Positions 25,469-40,683 of a DNA stretch of 64,000 nucleotides are shown piece after piece. Source of the stretch: Lama glama (Eukaryota). The notes under the pieces were generated by a model. That model was not told where the DNA came from, ran no database searches, and was given only the letters and a program-made list of their open reading frames with translations. Where the stretch lies: assembly GCA_028534125.1 (NCBI GenBank), contig CM052816.1, positions 24,368,001-24,432,000 on the forward strand. The letters are read 5' to 3'. The first letter of the stretch is position 1, and the number at the start of each line of letters is the position of its first letter. The position numbers and the translations under genes were made by a program.

Positions 25469-26034
25469 GGTGGGGGTGTCTTTACATGACAGTAGGGGTA
25501 GGTAAGGTTCTTTGACAAAAATTCTACAACTGACATGTTGGACATCAGACAAATCCACAATCTTCAAACTCAGTTTCACAAGCATGGTGAGAGCTAGTAA
25601 CAAGGTTAATAACATAAGCATTTACTAAAGGCCAGATCCTGTCCTGAGCGTCACCCAAGGATTATCTCGTTTATATTATTATTATGTTATTATCTCATTT
25701 ACATTAATTGTCTTATTATTATCTCCACTTTAAAATGCTAAAACTAAGAGAGGTGAAGGAACTTAACCAAAGTCACAAAGCCAACGGGCAGTGGAGACAG
25801 AAACTGGGCACAGACCGAGTCTGGAGCCTGTGCTAACAATCAGAACTGCGACACACTTATTGCTGATTCCTAAAACCTGAAGGTAGCTTCACTGTGACTG
25901 ACTCAGCAGCCTTGGTCTGATTTAAGCAATCTGTTACTTCACACTTCAATTTGATTTGTGAAAAGAAATCACACTTGCATGATGAACTCTCGGGTGAAAC
26001 TGACCCTGTGGTGGTACTGATAAAATGACCATAC

Positions 26035-26154
26035 CTCTCCCTGAGAATTTTTCAGTATAACCTTCACGTCCTCGCCAGTGCCCCAAGAGTTCTGGTTCTT
26101 CCAGATGAGGTCGGTGGGAGGACTGGCTGTGACACCGGCATTTGCAGCCCAGAT
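26035..26154 (-). CDS. LMNB1: Lamin B1 coding exon 9 (120 nt)
   Basis: Acceptor ttccag|ATC and donor GAG|gtatgg. Reads [40 protein letters not shown]. Confidence 0.98.
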
Positions 26155-27489
26155 CTGGAAAAGAGAAAGGACATCAGTGTACGTACAGCCCACTCTCTCT
26201 CCCATATGCCAAGGACAGCATAACGATGAGACTTTAACAACTTGTAAGAGGACTGGTTCTAAAAGTTCCACAACTATGGCCTAGCTTCAGACTTGCCATA
26301 TGAACTAGCCATGTGTCCAGGAGAAACCACAGTGCTTATGCAGGCCTCAGCTTCCCTGTCCAATAAATGGAAATGTTGATACACAGGGCTCTGAAATGAA
26401 GGTGCCTAGACTCACATCTGAGCTTCCCTAATGTCAGTTCACCTTGATCAAGCTACCTTACTCACCACATAACGTGACAGAAATGCCACTTATAATATCT
26501 GGGACTGTCGTGAAGGAACAGTGATCATCCACACAGAGGGGACAGCTCACTCAATGATTATTAGCTCCCACTGTTAGCATTCTATTATTCTGTGGGTTTT
26601 ATGAGGCATCCTTCCATGTTAGAGCCTTCTGACCCCACCCCCAGTGGTATCCTCCAGATGCCTCCAGCAGGACCTGAGATGACTAACTCCTTTCCAAACC
26701 TCTGCAGCAGACAGTCTATTTAGAATACCCTTATGGAAACTAGTATGTATCCAACCAGACAGCATCATAATACCCCCGAGTGCCTGAGACTGAACTCCAG
26801 AAAGAATTCAGGAAACAGACAAATCACCTATTATTCAACGGAAAATATCACTGCTACTGAAATAGGCAAAACAAATAAAAAGAAATATTTCCCTTCTCAT
26901 AAGCATGGAAATTGTGCCACATTTTTTATGTATTTGTTGGCAGAAGAGTATTGGTAGAATAGAGAAAATCTGAGAGTCAAAAAACTTAGTTTGAACCTCA
27001 GACATAATACTACACCGCTACAAACCTCTACGTCCCCAACCTTAGGGACAATACTACCAGTCCTGATCTTTCTAAAAGACCATTTGAAAATAGTAAAGTT
27101 TTGCACCCCATAAACTGTTTTGCAATATAAAGAGCTATATGACGGCAAAAGTAAGACTGGAGATGGCACAGGCAGGCAGTTTTTTCAATGGGGAGAAAAG
27201 CCAATCAATTACTGACTAGGAGACACCCCTTCTTCCTTAGGTGCTCACTTGCGGCTTCCAGGTCTCTCATCAGCACTAGAAACTGAAAGGGGCAAGGAGC
27301 AGTTACTAGGATAAAACTGAAAAAGGGACCTGCACCTGAGCTGGTTTTCACGTTATGTAGAATGTTAACCTAATTCCAAGCTATACTTTTCGCTAGTCCA
27401 CAAGGAATCATATAGTTGGTTTAGTGCTAATAATCATAAAATGTCAATCAGTAACCTTACTGGGTAGTATAACCTAAAACTAATACGTC

Positions 27490-27792
27490 CTAGAGTTGTG
27501 TTGTTCAATATGGTGGCCATTTGTGGCTTGTGAGCTCTTGAAACGTAGCTAGTCCCAGATGAAGTGTACTGAAAGGGTATCTCTAAGTGTGAAGACAGTC
27601 CAATAGAAAGAAGGTAAAATACCTAACTGATAATTTTTTACACTGATCACATGTTGAAATGACAATATTTTGGATGTGTCGAGTTAAATAAAACATAGTT
27701 CTAAAGTGAATGTCACATATTTCTTTTTCACATATTTTTAATGTGGCCACATGAAAATTTAAAATTACGTATATAGTTCCCTTATTTCTGTT
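27490..27792. mobile_element. MER3/MER33-like hAT remnant
   Basis: gttgttcaatatggtggcc...catgttgaaatgacaatattttggat...tttaatgtggcc...aaatttaaaattac motifs. Confidence 0.65.
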
Positions 27793-29176
27793 CTAGTTTT
27801 AAACTAATCTCTGCTATTGCCATGCCCTGTACAATTTTACAGAAAGATCACTTCTCACTACCATGCTCCAATGGAGCTTCTTAACACATTTAATAATGCT
27901 AGCTACTAAAGAAAAAACACATTATGCTATCTTATGTGAAAATTCTCTTAAGTTCTCCACTAGACCTACAGAACACATATCTAGGTAGTCCCTGAGGAAC
28001 TATATCCAGTGGGAAAAGCAGATGATTGGCATAATGATTTTACAGTACTTTAAGAGACAGAGAGCACACTCAAATCTGAACCTTTTGAATTAGAATGTCA
28101 GATTCTCTCCACCACATTATACAGCTTCCATAGGACACTTATTAGGACTGAGCAATTTTCTCTCACTGAAATAATTACTAAAGAGAAAAAAAGCTAGTGG
28201 GGCTAGGATATCTGGTCCCATTTTTACCCATTATTACAAAATTAGCAAGTTCAATGAATACACTTTTTAAAGAGAAGTTCTAACCTGTTTGAGCCTTTGA
28301 TTTTAAACACTAAGTAAGGTTTGTAGCAATCCTAAACTTTTAAACATGTGTTTAATATTTATAAAAAAGAACCAATAAAAGGAGACAGTCACCTCAACAT
28401 TCTTTAGGGATGAAAACAGCAACTTCTTTAAAATCTGTATCAAAGTTAACATATTATGTTTGCTTCATCTACTTACTGAGTAAAAGCAAAGGAATCTTCT
28501 ATTTGCTCAATGAAGAGTACTTCTCTAAAAAGTGAGCTAATGATATTTAGTAACTACCAGAGACGTGGAATCTCGGAACATAGCAACTCCAAATAGAGTC
28601 AGAGTGGCACAAAGCCCATCTCTCTCTAAATGTAGGTACCTCAGATATTTGAAAAACCACGTTACCTTTACCAAAATATTAAGTTTAAAGAACGATTCTT
28701 TACAACAGTGACTATCACCTGTGTTCGAAACACAGACCCCCTAACCCAAACCCAGAGATGCTAAACTAAGAGTGAGGTGGGACCCGGACACCAAAACACT
28801 ACCCAGATGACTCTGATGTTCACCCAAGACTGAAGACTGCTGTTTTAAGGCACACCCTAGCACTAACAGATTATCTCCTAACAGCTCTTTATGCCAAGCA
28901 GTATCTGCTGAACTACAGCTGTTTTATATCTACTGGTGTTGACAAAATAAAAAGAATTCAAAGATTCAAGATTCAAAAATTCAATTCTTTCACTTTTATA
29001 GTCAATTACCACTCTCAATATGATGAAATTTTTAAAATCTTTAACAGTACTGGTAATCCCCTAAAAATGTCAAAGACATTTTAATGCCCATTTCTAAAAT
29101 GCTTCTTTAAGCCAAAAATGATTTTAATTACTTTAACTGCTGGTTAAGACAATGAAGTTAAATGATAACTAAATTA

Positions 29177-29287
<111 letters not shown>

Positions 29288-30784
29288 CTATTGACAGAAC
29301 AAAATAAAACAAGGTCACCTCAAATATACATAAAGTTATGGAATAATCAAATACATGAATCTATAGGCAGTTAAACTAAGACACCTTATGACTATCTTCC
29401 CATGATTCATATTTTCCTACTATAAAAAGAAAACATGGTTTTGTCATTCTGTAAAACAGTAACTTTGACAATGCTGCAGTTTTAATTATTAGGGTGCTTA
29501 ATTTTAAAGACAAAACTGGAAGAAAAGGGATGTGACCAAATTAAATGGTCATATTCACTGCTAGATCAGGTGCATATTTTAAATTGACAACACAATCTAA
29601 CTTCATTACTACAAATATAAACATCTAATGTATGATGGCTGTAAGCTTCTAAAATACAGATACGTAAGCTTGGAAAGAGAAGGAAGAAAGTATGTCCTTT
29701 TCCTTCTGCATCTGTACCACTTCTGCCCATATTTAACTCTTACCTTCAAGCACAAGGGGCTCAAAAAGGGTGAGTGACATCATGAGCCAGTCCCAAGCAC
29801 TGGCTATCAACACCAGCCTGCAGGCTGCCCAGAGCTGCCTGACACCGAGAAATGGTGCAGAGTATTAAAGCCATAAGCTACACTAATTTATTTATATCCA
29901 TCTCTAATTCAAAGACAAGGATAAATGAGGCTGAGAGCCAGCTTCAGAACAGCTCCACGCAGGGCTGCAATGCCTTCTGAAAAAGAGCCAAGAGACTACA
30001 ATGGAGCAGCAGAGGATACTCTGCTCTTCAGCTTCTAAAGCCACGACTAAGGAAGCTTAGCGCCTATGCTCTTCCGTATTACAGCTGCTGAAGCTCCCCT
30101 GCCCAGCCACATTATTTATTCATGCATGTGCAAGAGTTTTAATCGCTTTGCTGAGAAAAGGAGTGACTTTACAAACATTTTACAAATCCTGAAATGCTTC
30201 CAGAAATGTGATCCATCCCACGGCACACCCACTACACCCCAGACCTGCCTTCTGGCATCTTCTCACAGCCCTTCACAGCCCTGGCTCAAAATCTGAGGAT
30301 TCCCTGCTATGAATATTCTATGTTTACTTCAAGACAGGGCTTCATTCTAGTCTTGATATAAATTAAATCAATACTGTTCATTCATTTAGAGAGAAAAATA
30401 CTTCCTACATGTGTCTGAGCCAGGGATCACATTTCCTTCCTTTCATAAAGTTAATAGCTGTGAAAGAATATCTACCATCTACACCCACAACCCAACCTGT
30501 TCACAAATCTGGTTAGGACAGGAAATACTAATAAATCACCCTTACGAAGGCCATGGTGACAAAATGACCAGGTGTGAAAAAAAGCTCCGGCTCTGTAAAG
30601 AAGGGCTCATGAATAAAATCTTTACACCACTAAGTGCACCATCCCTCCTCCTCCTCCTCTTTGAATTTATACTTCATTTCATGAATTTAAGTAAAAAGGA
30701 GAGGGAAACTCTTATTTCGTGAAGACCACTGAATCCAAATAAAGGCTGAGGAGTTATTTCAATTGCAAGACTGTCCACCAATCA

Positions 30785-31102
<318 letters not shown>

Positions 31103-31846
31103 TTAAAAAAAGGCTAGTAATATTCTGCACACACTTTATTAAAAAAAATTAGTGACAATCTGTTAGACAAAGCCAATGGGCATCTTAAAGAAGAGAAACT
31201 TATTTGTGCCATAATGCCCACTATCAATTTTCTTTAAAAAAAACCAATTATTTGAATGTTTTATCTTATATTCTATTGAATATAACCATGATGCAGGAAG
31301 TTTGGAAAACTGGGCAGTTGATGTGAACATCTCATCTACCACCACTTTCTCACACCACTGTTATATTTAGTATACTTTCCTTAGTTTTTTCATACTTGAA
31401 TTTTCTTTTTACAAAATTATAATCACAATGTATGCAATAATGAAATTAAATAGCTTTTTATTCTAAATCAGATACTTTCCCTTTGGAACTTTTTTCTTAA
31501 AAAAGGTGTGAAAGGATTTATATACTAACCACATATGAAAAGTAACTATAACATTTCTTTCCGCAAATCTGGTATTATGCAACATATTATCAAAATATTT
31601 AAAATCTCAAAGGAAAGACTCTATCCTGACAGAGTCCAGCATTTAAAGTACTAATAATAAGACTGAACATCTTCTGTTGCTGAGGTAGAAGTATGATTTA
31701 TGACTACTTACCTTTACACCTAGGTATTAAAAGAAGTGAGAAAATATTTGAAGCTGCCTTAATTGTTAAAAAAAAGAATCCTATTTCCTTTTCTTTAAAT
31801 AGAAAGGGTAGGGGCAAAAAGTAGACTTTGAGGTAAGGTTACTTAC

Positions 31847-32067
31847 CTCTCTTCTTCACCTTCTAAGAGTTTCCTATAAGCACTGATTTCCATGTCCAGG
31901 GCTAGCTTCACATCAAGAAGTTGTTCATAATCGTTCAGCTGCTGCTGCATCTGATCCCGTATTTCCGCCATCTCTCTCTCTTTGTCAGACAGCATGCGGC
32001 GAGAGTTGTCTCTCTCTTTAGCAAGCAAGTCCTCCAACTCTTGAATCCTCTCCAAACATGCTCTAGA
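31847..32067 (-). CDS. LMNB1: Lamin B1 coding exon 6 (221 nt): end of the rod domain
   Basis: Acceptor cttaag|TCT and donor AG|gtaagt. Reads [18 protein letters not shown]...[25 protein letters not shown], with the IF consensus YRKLLEGEE. Confidence 0.97.
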
Positions 32068-32829
32068 CTTAAGATTCAAGGGAACACATTTACTTTCTAG
32101 GAACATTCCAACATTAGCACAAGGCAGCTATTTCAGACCATGTCCTGGGCTGGAACAAACAGAACCTTAAGCAACCTTTAACATGAGAATTCAAGAAGAC
32201 TGGTATTAAGAAATCAAAAACCAAAATTCCTCCAATACAAAATACAGCCTTCAGGAAAGTTTTGTCTTATAACACTAGAAAAAGATATATTCATCAAATG
32301 TGTCATAAATATACCTATAATTTTTCTTTATTTAGCCAAATAAAACAAAAACTTAAGCTTTGGTTTTAGTAAAAAGTCAAGTGTGGCTCCCCTACAAACC
32401 TCTTTAGCTCAAAAGTATAAAGGAACAAAAGCAAAAAATTAAACAATAGAAAACTCATTGAAGGAAGACACTTAAGGGTAGTGCAGGTATCTTACAGAGA
32501 ACTTCTGCAGTGATTCAGAAGCTGGAGGAAAGCGGTTCTGATTATCCCTTTAGGACTGCTGTGCTCTCCTACACTCAGTCAGTGCACAACAATTATGATA
32601 CAGTGTAGTCTGTATATATTATTACAAACACAGAAACTTCACATTCAGTATGAAAAAAAAGCTACACCAGAAGGTTCATCTTAGAAACCTTGTGATTCCC
32701 TAGGTAATTATTCTTCTGCATTTCTCCAAGACACAATTCATCCCAGTAACCTCAGGAAATGACAAAGGTAATCAACTCAAAAAGACTGATGTATAGCTGA
32801 GGCCCTTAAATCACAAGTACCTGCACATC

Positions 32830-34199
32830 AAAGCAGGAGAGAAAGGGCACAAATTGTGCGTGCAAGTTAAATCTGAAAGGCTAAAGATAAAACAAAGGAG
32901 CTCTACACTGTGCAGAAATGCTACACTCTAGTTAGTGAATTTATTTCTCACAGGGGTATGGGTTAAAAAATTTGAAACTGCTTTACTTGGATACTGGGGG
33001 TGAACAAATAAGTAAATGAGACGGTAGAAATCATGTTTCTCACTCTCAGAAAGCGAAGTCACAGGTAAGCAAGGAAGGAAGCCTAAAGTGAACCCAGTGA
33101 TACAGGGTTAGAGACATCTGCATAAACTCCTGGTTACCTTAATATAAATACAAGAAGACAGACATACAATTATAGACAAATGTGTAAAAACATGGGTTCA
33201 CATACACACATTCAATTACCTAGCTCTGCCTGCAAGCAGGCCTAGAAGCAGTGATATCCCAATACCAGTGAGCATATTCAGTGCTCAGATCTTAATTTCT
33301 AGATACCACTCTCCAATAAAAAGACCCAGAGCTCCTTGGAGAAATAGCTGATTCTAGTGCTGGAGCAGGGAAAATACAAGATGAGCCTAGAGGATCTTAC
33401 AGAACCAGAAAGTAAAGAAGTGCTCAAAAACAGGAGAGACATGGTAACCAATTTGACAGATCTGCTTATGGCCAAACATGGAACAATCAGAGCTAATAAA
33501 ATAATGTAGAATTCAATTACAACCCAAATTATATATAAAAAATATTTCCACGACTCCATACTGATATAAACGAATGAATAAATAAATATACAAATAGGGG
33601 AAGAAGAGATGAATTTTACCAAAAAATTCCATTTAATCAAGTTAAATACTATCTTCAAGATGTGGAATTTAATTCCTGCTGGACTTAGTGACTTGCTTCC
33701 CATGAAGAGTATGGAAAGGAAAAAACAGTAATCTGACAGTGGAGAAAACTGGCAAACATTTAACCAATGATGAAGGTTAACATCACAAAAGATGTCACAT
33801 GTATGTCATGTAATTCCTGATACGATGACACAAGGGCACTTAATCCATGACCCCAGTCTGATCATGAGAAAAGCACCAGACAAACTGATATTGGGGGACA
33901 GTCTACAAGATACCTGGCCAGTTCCCCTCAAGACTGTCAAGGTCATGAAAAACAAAGCCTAGGGAGACATGTGGTATCCTGACACAGAAAAATGACAGTA
34001 ACAAAAAATCTGGTAAAATCCAGTCTAGCGTCTAGTTAACAGCAATGTACCAATGTCAGTGTCTTGGTTTTGAGAAATGTTCCATGATGCTAACAATGGG
34101 GAAAACTGGGTGAAGGATATAGGGGAACTGTCTGTACCAGCTTTCCAACTTTTCTGTAAATCTGGAATTATGTCAAAGTAAAAAGGTTATTTAAAAAAT
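32830..34199 (+). mobile_element. Old L1M (L1MC/L1MD-like) 3' UTR in intron 5
   Basis: Characteristic 3' end (ggggaaaactgggtgaaggatataggggaactgtctgtacc...ttttctgtaaatctggaattat...aaaaa). Confidence 0.7.
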
Positions 34200-35360
34200 A
34201 GTTAACCAATCAATTAAAGTCCAGAGACATTATCAGAAGCAGGCATTCACCTTAAGAATGATGCCAAACAAAATCCTGCCTGAGAGCACTTGCATTTAAC
34301 TGCATTTGCAAAAACCAGGCTATAAACTGAGAAATCCATTTCTTCCCTCTGAGGCTGCTACCATATTTATTATTTTAAAATATTTTCTAGGTCAGCATTT
34401 TAAGGGCTATGTCAATTTTAAGTAAAACTAAAGAAGTACTTCACTAACATGAGTCACATAACCAAAAAAGGAAGTTCTATGGCCCAACAGTCAGCATGAT
34501 GAAACTGACAAGACTCAACAACAAACAATGTTGAGATATACAATAGGAAAAATCGAGAGGGCTTTTTTCTTTTTTAAGATCTTACTAAAGCTAACGTTTA
34601 TCAACCAAAGAAGATATCCCTCAAGATATATTATCACAAAATCTGATACCAGCAATGAATAGATGAAAGGATGACCCCCACACCACACCCTGACAGAGAA
34701 ATGTACAACTATTCTGGCTGAAGGAGGTGTTTCCTTCCTGTTTCCTAAGGAGTCAGCTCCTCAAAACCCCCAGGGCTCTGCCTAACGTTTAAAGACCACT
34801 AACCTGAAGTTAACCAAAAAATCTGCAACGATGGGAACGTAACAGGTGTGCCAGTGAATGTATTAGACACTAAATTCTTAGCTAATATGAAAACTGATGC
34901 TACTTCCGAAGATTCGACTATTGTGAGCACTGAGAGAATCTGTCTAAACACAAAGATTTACCATGCACAAAGAATTTCTGCAGGTCTTTCTTCATTATAG
35001 CTCTAAATGTGATGGACATTGGGAGGAGCACTGTGTGGAGATAGGGCTGCCGGAGGGGTCAGAAACCACAGGTCCAGGGGTAATTCCAAGGAATGAACGA
35101 GCAGATCACTCCCTCAAGGGCAACTCCCGTAGCTCTGGGTCTATTAAGCTTAATCTATTACGTTTATATCTATTAGCTTCATCTATTAAGTTAGGAGTAA
35201 CAGGGTCTGCTCTGAGGATGCTTATGCAATGCGAAATGAAAAAATCTGGGGAGCACTGTGAAACCAGAATGCAGGAAAATATCATCCTCTCTGAAAACTG
35301 ATTTCAGGCAGAGCAGAGCAGGTAGACTACCATGGTGAAATGGCCTTCAAGTTCAACTCA

Positions 35361-35516
<156 letters not shown>

Positions 35517-36826
35517 CTAAAAAAAGCAGACCATAGTCTGTCTCATCTAGTGACTTTGAACAAACAAATGAGAAAGCATGATTCATCTCAAGGCATTTCA
35601 TTTCAAACTTAAGCCCTGCCAGTAACTAGCTGATAAAACAGGAAAAGCATCATGAAGTTTGCTGACGTGGTATGAATTACCTTAAAAGTCTTTCTGCATT
35701 TGCAGCTCAATTCCCAATGTAGGAGCTTTAACAAAGCTAATATACTTGGGTCTTTACCCAAAGTTTAATGCTCCAATATTTCATCATTGTATCTCTAATG
35801 TCTCTGAAGTGCAGAAGCAATTTAACTGTACTGATATTTGTAGGAAAACAAGCATCACATATCCCTAACCCACTGTATCTGATACAGAATATAAAGCAGT
35901 GAGCAGAAAGTACTAATTTAGAGATTATTTCAAACAGAATAGAAACACTTCCTTTCAGAAGCAAAAAAATAGCTCCTCTGGTAGAAGCAACATCCCATTC
36001 CTCCAAATGCTCACAACGTGCGTCTCAGTCATGCTTTTATGTAAGTCGTCTCTTCCCTGGCTCTCTCTGTGGCCACACCTATGTGATCGACCGATTTTGA
36101 CTTTGGCTCCTTCACTGCCCAGTTCGATGACCAGCACTGAGTAGGTGCTGAACAACTAAATGTAGAGTTTAAAAGACCTCTCCCTCTCACCAGCCAATAC
36201 TACTTCATAAAAGGGATTAAAGGCAACATGAACAGTTTGAGGCCATGCAATGGAAATCATTTTCCACACCTCTATGACCTTAATTTCCTAAATCTTCCAT
36301 GAACTTTTTAATCAAATCATGTAACATTTAACACTGGGGTAAAATCAATTTTTTATTTAGGAAAGCCTATACCAATGATTTGATAAAATTTTACATGGTC
36401 TCCTAATATAAGAAGGAAGTTTCTATAGTCTTTTTTTTTTTTAATGAATAGTGGCAGAGGAAGAAGTATCAGAGACTGCCCATTTGGCCTTTGTTCAAAA
36501 AAGCCCAAGGGGCGGTGGTCACAATCTATGTACAATAATGACACAGAAGTCAGAACTAGATGCAGCCCGACATTCCTCTACTGTTAAACGGACATGCGGG
36601 ACAGGAAGATCAGTACTTGCTATTGGAAGAACAGTTCTTTTCAGATGGCTGGGGTTTAATCAATAGGACTTGACACGAATCATCAATGGGACAAAAAGAC
36701 AAACCTTACCTCTGATAAAACTGGAATAACCCTGCTTTCTTTGAATAATTTCTAGTAACATTAACTTTATAAAAAAACTGCCTTAAAAATCTCACTTTCA
36801 ATATTCATGGCAACTAGGGGAATTCA

Positions 36827-37099
<273 letters not shown>

Positions 37100-39076
37100 C
37101 TAGGGAGGAATATGACATAAAGCCAAGTTACTTATCACGGCTACACCGGTACAAGTCTGAGTGACATCAGAGTCACCTGAAGTTGTACACACCAACCTCT
37201 TCATGTTTGTCCTAGGGCAGCCATGTGAACAGACACTTTTTTGCCTTCATTTTCAAATGAGAAGATTTTGGGGATGGAATTAATGACAGAAATGGTAGCA
37301 TCTAGAGCCCTAGGAATTTTACATTTCTTTTCAGTAACATAGCTATTTATTTCTCGAAAGGCAGGAAATGGCTGGAAGACTTACTAAAGTCCTATGCATC
37401 ATGAACAACTAGGTACATTGAATAGTATGTAATTATTTTTCTCAATTGTTGTACTGATGATACTAAGGACACCTCTGGAAAAAATCCACAAGTTAAACTT
37501 ATGAGTAAGGACAACTTTAGCTAGATTTATGCATAATAAAACTTTTCTTAGACATACTAAGATGCAGTAGGCAGAGCAAGCTAATCTACATGACTGATCC
37601 TAACATCTGGTGGTGCTAAGTTACCAACATCAACTGACACGGAATCTTATTAGCAGTATTACTTTGCTATCTCAAGTACATACGAAAATTCATTATTAAA
37701 GAACAGAAATAGGAGGGATAATCCTTCAGTTAGTTTTAAGGAACTATCCAAAACTACAATGGCTAGGAACAGAAGTCCAAGAACAAAATTTCCAAGCCAG
37801 CTTCTAGCTCTGAAAAAACAGACGTCTGTAATGGTAATAATTAAAGAGGCCACAAGAGGGGGCTATAACAAGAACTTATTTCTGTATCATCTTACTGCAT
37901 GAAGCTTTTCTAGGCATTTCCTCATCCTCCTCTTAATTTGAGGAAGATGCACTTGATACAATCAGAAAACCAGGGTTCAAATTCCAGTTCTGCTATTAAA
38001 CTCCAAGGGCTCACATCCACTTACTGAATATTGATATTTAAATAATGAGTAATGATATTTAAATCATGAAAACATGCAAATAAAAGGTTTAGTTCAACAA
38101 ATACTGAGCACCTACTAATACTGAGCACCTGCTAATGATTTTGCCCTTTGTCTACCTCCCTTCTTCTTCCTGTTTTTCTCCTTCCTCTTTCTTGCCTCTT
38201 AACTGTTCATAGTAAGAAACTTGGGTATATTTATTGAATAGAATTTTATCTCTTATGTAAAAAAATGAGGAATGTTTTAAATTCATTCTCAAAGAGGCAA
38301 AAACCAAAAATTAAAAGTTGCTACCCAAACAACCTAAAAATATTAAATTAATTTTTACTGGTGCCTTTTTTCATTTGTTATTTTATATTGAATCAGTGAC
38401 TTATAAAGAAAAAAAAATACCCAACTCCTGGTTTAAAGATGCAGGAGTCCACCAGCATCAAAATTAACAGGAGACCACAATTTTAACAAAACAAAACAAA
38501 AAAGTAAGTCAACTTACTGTAAAAACACCTCAGATTATAAGCAAAACTGCAGTTAACAATTATAGGATAGCATTCACTATAGTTTATAAGCTTTCAAATT
38601 CAATACTACACTTTGATCCTCACCACTCGCTGGAAGAAAAAAGAGCAGGTACTGGTAATTCATTTTTAAAGAAATTGACTCAAGAATTGTTCAAAGACTG
38701 ACTGCTTGTCCAGTAACTGCTCTTTGCCCCCACAATTGCTAGTTTAATACTGTATTGTCATAAAAATGATCAAATTTCTATTTATATTACTTTCTCTCCA
38801 ATTAAAATTTTTAAGAACTTTTCAACAAATTCCTATTTTAAAAGTCATTGTTAGCCATTGTTTTCAAAATTATATTACTTTTAAGAACATTAAGTATTTA
38901 ACTGCATGTTCTCCAACATGGGTGAATTCCAACCCTCTTCAATTTTGAGAAAATATACATTCCCCTTTCTGCAAATGTATTACAGTATAATTCTTTTTTG
39001 GGCAACAGTTGCTACCTTCACCTCCCAAGCCTTGACCACAGAAGTTAAGGCATGTAAATGGTATTTTAAAATATAT

Positions 39077-39372
39077 ATACAGACTCACAGACATAGAAAA
39101 CAAAATTGTGGTTACCAGAAAGGAAAGGCGGGGTGGGTAAATTAGGAGTTTGGGATTTGCAGATAATAATTACTATATATAAAATAGATAAACAGCAAGG
39201 TCCTACTGTATGGCACGGGGAACTATATTCAATATCCTGTAGTAACCTATAATCAAAATTTAAAAGAATATGAAAAGGAATGTATTTATGTGTATGTATA
39301 ATTGAAACATTATGCTGTACACAAGAATTTGACACAACATTGTAAACTGATCATACTTAAAAAAAAAAAAAC
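39077..39372 (+). mobile_element. Short LINE-1 3' UTR fragment with poly(A)
   Basis: acagactcacagacatagaaaacaaa...ggagtttgggatttgcagat...ggaactatattcaatatcctgt...poly-A. Homologous to the 3' part of the 7642-8332 L1. Confidence 0.8.
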
Positions 39373-39572
39373 ACCTCTGGGGAAACAAGTGAATACTGTA
39401 GAAATGTACCGTCTTCTTGCCTTGGGAGTTGGCCAGAAAGCTGTATGTACGGGTTTTATTTTTAATAAAGCAGTAAAGGTTTACTTTTTACCAACTTCTG
39501 TGTGTGTGAAGATGTATTTGTTCAAAATTTAAGAAAAGAATAAACCCGTCAGTGTACAAACAAACAATATAC

Positions 39573-39866
39573 ATACAGACTCACAGACACAGAAAACAAA
39601 ACTGTGGTTATGGGTTGGGGGGGTGGGTGTGGAAGGATAAAGTGAGAGTTCGGGATTTGTAGATAGTAACTACTCTGTATGAAACAGATCAACAGCAAGT
39701 TCCTACAGTATAGCACGGGGAACTATATTCAATACTTGTAACAGCCTATAAAGAAAAAGAATATAAAAAGGAATATACATATGTATAACTGAATCACTAT
39801 GCTGTACACTAGAAATTAACACATTATAAACCGACTATATTTCAGTCAAAAAATAAAATTAAAAAT
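39573..39866 (+). mobile_element. Second short LINE-1 3' UTR fragment
   Basis: Same start motif and internal motifs as 39077-39372, flanked by the near-repeat aatatacata / atatacata (possible TSD). Confidence 0.8.
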
Positions 39867-39886
39867 ATATACATAACTATAAATGC

Positions 39887-40311
39887 TGTGGGTAGGCAGC
39901 CCCTCAATGGTATTCACCCTCCATGTGATCCCCCTTCCAGTGTACCATGGTTGGTCTGTGATGGGGAGTAATGGTGTATCACTTTGGGATTAGGTTACAG
40001 AAGGTAATGGGGCCTGCCCTGCGCGCTCTCTCATCACTCACTTTTGAGGGCAGCCGTATCATGAGCAGCTCTGCAGAGAAGCCCAGGCTGAACTGACACC
40101 TCCGGCCAATAGCCTGTGCATGAACTCTGAAGCAGTTCCCCCAGCCCAGGCTGAAAGTCTGACTGCAACCTCATGAGAGACCCTGAAACAACTATCCAGT
40201 TAAGCAGCTCTCAGATTCCTGACCTTCAGAAACTATGAGATAATAAAAGGTCTGTGGTTTTAAGTTACTAAATTTTAAAGTAATTTGCTAGGCAGCAACA
40301 GATTACTAATA
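39887..40311 (+). mobile_element. MaLR LTR (MLT1-like)
   Basis: Starts TGTGGG and has the MLT1 3' end (gattcctgaccttcagaaactatgagataataaa...gttttaagttactaaatttt...gcagcaacagattactaata). Confidence 0.75.
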
Positions 40312-40488
40312 GAAATGCTTATAGAGGTCGACAGTAATTAACAGCTATGGCCAAGCGTTTATAAGTCAGATGAAGTAAAATCATATCTGCTTACCATAGC
40401 AGCCTGCATTCTTACATGCAGCCTTTTAGCAGCAATGCCATAAATAATCTGTCTACAAAAATTTTCCCATTTTTCACACATATAGTTA

Positions 40489-40683
<195 letters not shown>

